Source of the DNA: Hyphochytrium catenoides | Taxonomy: Eukaryota; Protista; Hyphochytriomycota | Direction: 5' to 3' | Assembly: GCA_900088475.1 (NCBI GenBank) | Contig: FLMG01000135.1 | Location: 124,430 to 188,429 of the forward strand | Length of the DNA stretch: 64,000 nucleotides | Shown: piece after piece, positions 55,491 to 64,000 of the stretch | Numbering within the stretch: the first letter of the stretch is position 1 | Layout: each line of letters opens with the position of its first letter | Notes under the pieces: model-generated | Database searches by the model: none | What the model was told of the DNA's origin: nothing | The model's input: only the letters and a program-made list of their open reading frames with translations | Made by a program: the position numbers and the translations under genes

Positions 55491-56799
55491 GCCGGGTTAT
55501 CCGCCTAGGATATCGCGTTGTCCTGACCGGTTTACCGTTCACTCCTCCGCTCTTTTCTTTTCATCGCCACACCTTTGCTTCATGACAGATTCGCCATTGC
55601 ACTACTCTTTGTGGACCACCGCCAACTTGGTAAGTCCATAGCTGTCCATCTACGAGAAGAAGAGTCGGCGCGCTTCTCCACTCTTAGCTGTAGTCGGTGC
55701 CTTCAGTGATCCCTTCATCCGCCTCTTTCATGAACCCTTATTAGAATCAGAAGTTAACCGGCCACTTCGTACTTGTAGAAAGGAGGCAACTGTCCCTATG
55801 TTGATCCTGCTGCTTTGCCCTCAAGAACCTTTCAGTTCAACCACTTTTGCTTAAACCACGCTGAAGCAAAATAATCCAGATACGGGAGATGCTTACGGAG
55901 ATACGTTGATGTTAGAGAGATTTGACTGCTGTTGGAAGTAATGGAGCTTCGTTTCCGAGCCCGTCGAGCTCTCATACATGCTCTTCCAGATTTTCGGCAA
56001 TGCTGCAGAAACTGCGGAAGCAGAAAATTGCGAAGCGAATTTGGTTTGTTACTTTTGCCGTACACATTCCGGACGCGATGCCATGGAGCTGGCACCTACT
56101 GTACCGTACACCGCCAGGAACCACAAGCCAAGAGAGCGTTCATCCTGAATGAATAGTGCCATATATTCGGAATCCCAGGGCTTCTTCTCTTTTTGAAAGG
56201 ACAGCATGCAGCGCTTCGGAAGGATGGGCTTGGACTCTCTAGGCGGCACATCAGCGGTACCTCAAGGCCCCGGCGGCGGTGGCGGCGGACAGAGGGACCT
56301 CCACTGTTTACATCGATGACGTGACTGTTGGACAATGACCCAGCCAGTCCACAAACTCGTCAGGCGATGCTGCCAAAGAGAGGCGATCTATTATGGTGGT
56401 GAACAAGTCCGACATTAGTACACGCTGTATTACTCTTGCTGGGGTGGGGCGTTGTGACTGTCTTGACACATGAGTCCACAGGCACTATTATCTAGTAAAC
56501 TTCTCATCGTCACGCAGTGTGAGGTGTGGCCCTGGACGCAGAGTCAAAGATCAACTGCAATAGCCCAACAGCTAGCTCTACCACTGAAAGCATTCGGCAC
56601 GATACGTGGGTAGCGGTGCTTGCAGTACTGGTCGTCCGGCCCACCTATTAAGCCCCGTTATCTATATATAGCTGCCCAGTTCGGTGCTTGACTGTGGGCG
56701 CAGGAGCTTGGGGCACTTCACTGTGGACAAAACAGTTGCTTTGTCCTCAGTTCGAGTTATTGAAGTGCGATGCTTGGGTACGGATTGGCTCCAACTGGA

Positions 56800-59700
56800 T
56801 TATTCTTCGTCAAACCAGCGTGATCGTTTCAGATTCTCTGCTTTGGCGCTGCCAAAAAGCTTGGATTTATAAGTGTCCACCAGCTTGTCAAAGTCTCTTT
56901 CTTGCTTAGCCTCGCGTTTCTCAGCCGCCCTCTTTTTGGGTTCCTTTCGACTCCTCTTCCTGCCTTCTTCAATAGGCTGCGCCTGACAAACCCCATCAGA
57001 ATGAGAGGTGAGGGCCTTTCCTCTTCACTGCGAACTTACCTGCAGTAGGTTCTCTTCTTCTGGCATTTGTCGGTGTCTCTTCCTGGGTCCTACAGGCACT
57101 TGTTCCCCTTTCTGACTCTTCAGCGATGCAAGCTTTCCAGTGGTGTTTTTCGCCTCTGATGTTTCTTTACTCGTGTTGGCTGAGTGGTCAAGCTTTCTTC
57201 GCTTAACATCCTTGCCCTCTGCGGCTTCTGCGGCTTGCTTCTTCCGTTCACGCTGCCGCTTCCCTCGGCTCTTCTTTACGGGCTTCTCAGACTCGTCAAC
57301 CAAGAGGTGCTTGGCCTTTGCCTCCTCGACCTTCTTCTTCTCCCTGTCTTTCCGCCGCGCCTACGAGATATATAATAAGAGTGGAAGTTTGATTTTGCGG
57401 AGCTGGAGCTGCTGTACCTCTTGTATCCGAAGCTTCTTGAGATTCTCCACAGAAAACTCGACTATCAGCCGGGGTCGAGCATCCACAGGGGCACGTTGCT
57501 TTAGTGCGGCCCTGCCTCCCTTCAGCCACATCGTTCACGTTAGCTCTTAACCTATTTGTGACAGGCAAGAAAAAGGTGAAGTTCTAACCGTGGCATTCTC
57601 GCTATAGGCTGGGTTGTTATTCAGCTCCCTTAGTGCTGCCAGGGCGTGAACATGCTCTGTGAACTCCACAAAGCCAAACCTAGAGAATAGCAGAGAATGA
57701 AGGTTTAGAGTAGAAGCGCACGGAGCTATATCAAGGTCATGCACGTGCCAGACAACCTAACTCACTGGCGGAGAGAAATTCAAACATAAGACATTCACAT
57801 ATCTAGTGCGGGTAATAATCAAGATGACGACGAACCCTTTCGACTTCGGCCGGCCCTTGGAATCCTTTTCCTCAGCATCCCGTGTCACCTTGGCCGTTAA
57901 AATCTTCACTGGAGGATAGCGCCCTGAGGAAAGCTCCTTCATTCGCAGATGAGGCGCGGGTTCATCAAAGGACACCAACTTCTTCTCCATGCCTTTCTGA
58001 GCAGCGCTCCGAAAGAGATTTTGGAGACTTCTGTCATCTGCAGAGCAGTTATATGAGTCTTACTGCAACATCACTACGGAAGGACTTACTCCCACCAGTA
58101 TCTTTATCCAGGTTCCGTACTGAAAGTCTGGTTGGGGAGATGAAGAAGAGCGGGTTCCGCAATTTCTCTTTTTTCTCCTTCTGCGCCCGTCTTCGTTTCT
58201 CAATATCCCCTTGAGGAAGTGTTGGCTTTTCCTCTTTTTCCTGCAGCCCATCGAGAACGTCAGTATGAGTAGCTACCCAATGGCAAAGCCATGAGCACGT
58301 ACAAAATTAGTGTTAACGTAGCCCTCAGACCCTAAGTATAGGTTTCGCTTGTCTGTCTTCTGTTTTTTCTTCTCATCACTCAAAGTGGTCGCCTGGGTCC
58401 TACGGTTCAGGTGTCAACAGTTTGGCCACGAAAAATGACTAGGCCGTTGCAGCAGTTGAAAGGGAAAGGGACTTTACAATCTGACCTGTCAACAGCGGGG
58501 GAGATAACCAACACCCGGCCATCTAGAGTCACCCCACCAGCAGCCATAGCGAGCGCTGCAGAGTTCTCGACTTGCTTTTTCTTTTTGCCCAAGTTTCCAA
58601 GTTTCTCTAATGATGCTTCACCGGCTTTGATGGCCCTTTTGGCTGAATCTTCATCCCTGAAAAGGACGAAGGCATTTCCTTTCGGCAGCCCATTATCCTT
58701 ATTCTGCACCTACGACAGGCTTAGCGCCACCGGCTTTTTGGAGTGTGCTTATTGCTCAAGTCCTTACCATTTTAACATATTTCACGCGACCAAACTGTTC
58801 AAAGCACTTCTTCAGAGCATCTTCAGAGGTCTCGAAGAGGATATTTCGTACAAAAACTGTGCGCCTCAGCTCTTCTTCCGGAGGTGGTTGACTTACTTTT
58901 GGCTTCGACATTGCTGCCTTGCCTTCATTACTTGGCCCTGCGCCTGGCCCTTCTTCATCCTCCTCCGGTTCTTCATCAGATTCTCCCTTTGTAGAAACTT
59001 CATCTTCAGCTCCTGACGACGACTTGCCTTCATCGTTGTCTTCCTCACTAGTGTCACCACTTTCGCTGGCATCTTCTTCTGGCTGATCTTCTTCCCTCTC
59101 TGTCTCGTCTGAAAACTTTTTGCTCATGTCCAAGTTCTGGTCTGGATTCGAAGGTTTATAGAGTTCAGCTCCAATCACTTTACGATGTTAGTGGCACAAT
59201 CAAAGTGTACCTTCCTGAGCTTGAGATTTGGCCTCACCCTCCTCTAAAGCTTGACTCGTGGCAGTCGTGGTCTCACTTGGGTTATTTCCCTCGCCTTCCT
59301 GCTGCAGAGAGAGCCTTTGAAAGGACGAAGCCGAGACTGCCCAATCCACAGCAATAGGTCTCCCTCTGAGCTTTTGCCCGTTCTTGGAGCTCATCGCCGC
59401 GGCAGATGCCGACTGAAGGTAAAATTCAACGAAAGCAAATCCCCGATTTTGGCCTGTAATTATTGGCAGTGAGTAGCAGACTTCTGCAGAAGGACCTTCA
59501 GTCTCCTCTATCTCAATACCTGGCTGCTTCTCAGGTACATTGACATCGTTGAGGAGACCATACGGCTCAAAGTCCTTCCGAAGCTCGTTGGCGGTTATCT
59601 GGACGGGATGCTAAGTAGGTCGAAAAGAGTCCCAGAACACCTGTAATGCGGGTAGAGACTGACCTTGAATGGAATGTTCCGGACAATTAGTCGATTCTGC

Positions 59701-60596
59701 CTAACGTTTGCCAAGCTACAAGGACTTCNNNNNNNNNNNNNNNNNNNNNNNNNNNNNNNNNNNNNNNNNNNNNNNNNNNNNNNNNNNCGTTCCTTTGTGA
59801 CACAATCTTCTCCCACTATCTCTACGCTGGATACGGGTCCAATCTTTCTTGCCCTACGTGCAGGAAGAATCAACCTGACAAGAAGGCCGTGCGGCTTGGA
59901 CATACAGTTCAGGCGAATACCTGATACGCAGATGCTTGTCGGTCACATCGGGGCCAAAGCCTCGGAGCACTATCGTCTTGTGCGCTTGTGTGTGTCTCAC
60001 TGAATTGGCCTTTGGCGTTGGGGCAGTTGCAACCTTCAACTTCAGTGGGGCGTTCTCTTGCTCTGGAGTGGTATCGGTCTCGGTTGACTCATCTGGCTTA
60101 TGAGGCTTGTCTTTCTTTCTCTTAGCTTTATCCTTCAAATCAACAGGAAGTTCTCCTTTCTTGAGCGCTAGCTCTGAAGCAAAAAGTTAGCAACTTCTCT
60201 TGCCGTAACGTGGCGGATCACCAAACCTACCAACTTTAATTGGCCGGCCCTCCAACTTGTGCTTGTTCAATTTGGCGGCAGCTTCTACCGCATCTTCTGC
60301 TAAACCGCTGGCATGATTCTTTGAGTCTCAACACTCTTCTGTCCCCAACAATGACTGGTAAGTACTTACAACTTTACGAAACCAAAGCCTCGAGACTGTT
60401 TGTCTTTGTCAAGTATAATGGACACATTCTTCACCGGTCCAATTTCGCCGAAAAGCTCTTCCAATGCCTCCTTCGTGACATTGTACGGCAGGTTTCTGAC
60501 GAAGACGGTGGACTTTGCCTTCTGCTGTCCGGCTTCTACTACTTCATCGCTAATTTCTGGAGCACCATCCCCTGAAGGAGATTCTGCTACTTCCAT
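56800..60596 (-). CDS. RBM28: RNA-binding protein 28 / Nop4 (multi-RRM nucleolar protein), multi-exon
   Basis: TVFVRNLPY...SRGFGFV, RLIVRNIPF, GRPIAVDWAV, RNLYL, KLRNPLFFISPTRLSVRNL, FGFVEFTEHVHALAALRELNNNP, RLIVEFSVEN, C-terminal RWFDEE*. Confidence 0.93.
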
Positions 60597-61404
60597 TGCT
60601 GTGTGTCGTCCGGTATCGAGTGGCGTCGAAAGGAGCCAATATGAAGAGGACAACCGCGGCAGACTAAGCCACGAGAGGATCTCGCAGCGCGAATGGGAGG
60701 CAGAGTTCGAGAGGATCAGATGCTCGAGGCCGCAGCTCCTATGAAGATGCTAGTAGGCAATGGTAGATCAGGAGCTTGAGGAAGGTAGAGCGCAAGATGT
60801 CAGTTCCAAGATAACGAAGGGAAACGTTCTGCCCCATGCTCTCGGGAGCTGATGATGTGATTGATGATGGGAGAGCCTCATCTGTCCTCCAATGATGCCC
60901 AATAACCCGGGTCTCCTTCTTGGATCAGAACACCAGCATGGAGCTGTAGGTTGCTATGATAACCATAAAGCCCAATATATTATCCAGGTTGCCCTATATG
61001 GTGTTGTTCTAGGAGGACCTACAATCTACAGAGCCGTTTCTCGGGTTCTGACCTGCGAACACAGACATCGCTTCGTACAATCACCGCCTCCGGCTCCATC
61101 TCCGGCTCCGCCCCACAATGAGAACTGCTGACTGTCCGGCCTCTATAATAGAGCTCTGGCAAACGGAGTGGACATGTCAAGAGCGGTGCTGGAGAGGGGA
61201 CCTGCTAATAGCTTTGAGAGACGTATGAAACTCATGATAGAAAATAAGTATAGACGTTCGAGATGTGGCTCGAGGTTCGGCTGGTGAATGTGGGGCAATA
61301 CCTTAGGTGTGATAGGATCAACTGAGTTTATCGGATGGAATGCTTATGATAAGGTTGGCGTCAGTGGAGAGCAGCGAAAGCACATTTGATCAACTGTATG
61401 TGCC

Positions 61405-61433
61405 TATATATATGTGCGTGTGTGTGTGTGTGT
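61405..61433. repeat. (TA)n/(TG)n microsatellite
   Basis: tatatatatgtgcgtgtgtgtgtgtgtgtg directly in the sequence. Confidence 0.85.
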
Positions 61434-61490
61434 GATAATGCCAGAACATCAGCCCACACAATGGTCCTGGCTACTACGGCACTCTGCAAT

Positions 61491-62783
61491 TTATAGGGAA
61501 CTGTATCTGAATTTCTCTTTTGCTAGCTCGTCCTGAAGCCCGTCTTCCAAAAAAATCTTAATCCTGGGACCGAAGAGCTTGTCCTGCAGCCTAGGCTTGA
61601 ATACCGCGTGATGCCCATATTCCACCTCAAAGAGGTCCAGCTCCACATTGCTGTTGTGTGATGCCAGCGTGTCGAACAAGAATTTCTGCTCGGTTCTTGG
61701 GATGAACTCATCCTTATTTACCCCAAGAATAAGGGTACGCGCCTGTATGGTTGACATGCCTTCACGAAGTCCTCCCTTCCTCCCTGTTCCCATATCCTGG
61801 AGGTCTGCTGCCCTAAGTAGAAGGATGTAGCAGTTGGGATCATACATCTTGGCGAACTTCGTGGCTTCGTTATGCAGATAATTTTCGACCTCGAAGGTGA
61901 GCTCATCGAAGTCAACCGCCTCGCCCATAATCTCCCAGTCAAAGGAGGTATCGAACTCATGTCGAGACATATAGGTTGCCAATGCCAGCTCGCGGGCGAT
62001 AGCCAAACCCCTTGTGGGATGATGATGGAGGTCATAGAACCCATCCTGAAGGATGNNNNNNNNNNNNTTACTATCAACCTTTCCAGCCGCTCTGGAAAGA
62101 GTGAGGCAAACTGCAATGCAGCCATTCCCCCCAAGCTTGCGCCAACGACTGCGTGAACCTTTTGAAGTCCCAGATGATCCATGAGCATGGCGTGGCAGGC
62201 TGCAATATCTCCCGGTGTGATTTGTGGAAAGGATGCCATGTAGGGTTTCCGGGTCTCTGGGTTAGTCTCTATTGGAGAAGATGTTCCGAAAGGCGCACCC
62301 AGTGTGGCTGGGCAGATGACACGAAAATGCGTCGTGTCAATATGCTTGTTAGGGCCAATTATGTTGTTCCACCAGCCCGGGCTAAGGAGACAGGATAGTT
62401 TATGAGGGTCTGACACAGGTGTAGGTGTTGAATGAATCTTACCGAGGGTCGTCGAGGTTTCGAGCAGCATGACTGGAGTTTGACATTCCAGGAAGTACAA
62501 AGACGGTCCGCTCTGCCGGGAGACTGGGATCTCCCCATTGATCCCAGGTAATGACCGGATTGCGTATCACCTGCCCATCGAGTTGTAGCTGTAGAGTCCC
62601 ATCCATAGTCTCGCGGAATTTGGACCGCCGCATGTCGGAAGCGGTCGCTAAAGATCGCTTCCTGGCACCAGATTGACTAGACCTCGGCGGCCTTGGCTGT
62701 TCTGCATGTGGGGCAGCAACCCCGGCCAAAGGACGTAAAATATTGGCCCGATAGGACAGTAGAGAGCGGCTTGCTTGCATCAT
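61491..62783 (-). CDS. metX: MetX-family alpha/beta-hydrolase O-acyltransferase (homoserine/serine O-acyltransferase, Cys2-like), putative mitochondrial; one intron and one N-gap
   Basis: PGWWNNIIGPNKHIDT, FPQIT..D, AVVGASLGG (catalytic Ser), ARELA..TY, DPNCY, catalytic Asp (NKDEF) and His (YGHHAVF); Arg/Ser-rich presequence. Confidence 0.85.
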
Positions 62784-63003
62784 GATCCCAGTAAGTTTAA
62801 TACGCTCGGCAGTCCGTCTCCAAAGCTTGCAATGGTAGGATAGATAGCCCACTTGATGACCATATGAAACCTTCCAAGAAGCACTCGGTGAGGCGTCACA
62901 GATCTCAAGCAGTGATCTGTGTGAAGACTGAAGGATGGCAAGATGGGCGATCTGTCGATTCTGGCCTGTCCGGGTTTCCTGACTTTTCTGATGTAGAAAG
63001 ACG

Positions 63004-63740
63004 CTACAGTCCCCAGACTTTGGCCGCTAACGTACCAAAGAGTAAGGTTGGAAGGAAAGATTTGGGGGCTTTTGGAGACAGCTGGGGTTGCTGGGGTGAT
63101 GAGGCTTCCAGCTGGGAAGGACGAAGACTGCAGATGAGGTTTGCACAGTCTCTTTGGATAGAGCACCGACCAATAGACTCTACTAGTAAGGGCAATCCAG
63201 CTTCGTCGCTGGGGCTTGATGCTTCATCAGTCCTCTTAAGGTGCGCCGTGTCCTCACTAAGCTTGGCTGGCAGCCTGCCTTTGCTAGGGTACAAATGGAG
63301 GACAGTAACAGAAGGTCTAACTGCATGCGTTGATGCAATTATCCGAAAGCTTTCTATCACATCTCCCTATGATATGTCGCGCACTTGATTCAGTCACTGA
63401 GCAGAATGAATGGCTATCAGTGGAATCACTAGTATAACGGCTCAGATGGAACCTTAGACAAAGAAGACTTGTCCTTCTACCGTCAAGGAGGCAGCAGCTG
63501 AAGTGCTCGTTCCGTCCTAGAAGGTATATAGGGCAATGAAGAGAGTGCAGCCCGGAAGATGACACATATTGCTCGGTTTGGACATTGCATTTGCAATTGG
63601 CTGCGTTTTCGCCAAATAGCTTGGTTGCAGGCGCTGCTCCCTGTGACGGTTGAGTGCTTTGACCGAATGCTGTCGTACGGAGTGCAACGGCTTACTTAGC
63701 CGCTGTAATCCAAACGCTTTCGGGCTATCAGTTCCAAAGT
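63004..63740 (-). CDS. Possible 3' exons of an uncharacterised gene
   Basis: Open frames at 63004-63366 (…GTLAAKVWGL*) and ~63520-63740 with plausible AG/GT sites; no recognisable motif. Confidence 0.3.
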
Positions 63741-64000
63741 CTAGTCATGCTCTCGTCACTCCCTCTCCACTCGGCGGGCTGCTTTCCAGAGGTTCTGGTC
63801 CAGCTTACGATGGCCACATCGTGTGGCTCCTTCCGGATATCGGCTTACCTCATTCCCTAACCAAGAGCTACATGTTTATTACGATAAGAAGCAGAGTCCT
63901 TCACGGTAGCTCTGGTTGGCTCGAGCGCTACATCCCAAGACACCACTGTTCAACAAGTTTGCCGGTAGGGAGCTGCACATATTTGATATATATATATATA

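Noticed and set aside
55500-56400. Several short ORFs on both strands (including CCRNC) between SET1 and RBM28
   Set aside because: I could not build a consistent exon chain or recognise a domain; left uncalled.
62056-62067. Apparent frameshift or deletion in the MetX-like gene
   Set aside because: It coincides with an N gap of unreliable size, so it is not evidence of a pseudogene.

Overview
Gene-dense, intron-rich eukaryotic nuclear DNA from a draft assembly with 5 N-gaps. It is probably a flagellated protist (CEP76 present); a stramenopile affinity is only a guess. Splicing exons by hand gives about 15 protein genes. In order these are: PP5 phosphatase (5'-truncated), CEP76, an orphan C2H2-finger/SANT-Myb protein, mitochondrial release factor 1, tepsin (AP-4 accessory), SMC5, a questin-oxidase/AflY-like protein, a TMTC O-mannosyltransferase, an intronless secreted Cys-bracketed P/N/Q-repeat protein, an ankyrin DHHC-family palmitoyltransferase, an intronless DUF1206-like membrane protein, alanyl-tRNA synthetase, a multi-reader Set1-type methyltransferase, RBM28/Nop4 and a MetX/Cys2-family acyltransferase. 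There is also a decayed Ty1/copia element. The most notable observations are: a U12-type AT-AC intron in TMTC (implying a minor spliceosome); a Set1-type SET domain apparently fused to BAH, zf-4CXXC, Tudor, PHD and TFIIS-N domains; an orphan secreted repeat protein with RXL sites; a DHWC active-site variant; and intron-poor genes from families better known in bacteria or fungi. No rRNA, tRNA or CRISPR array was seen. All family assignments come from motif recognition by eye, not database searches.
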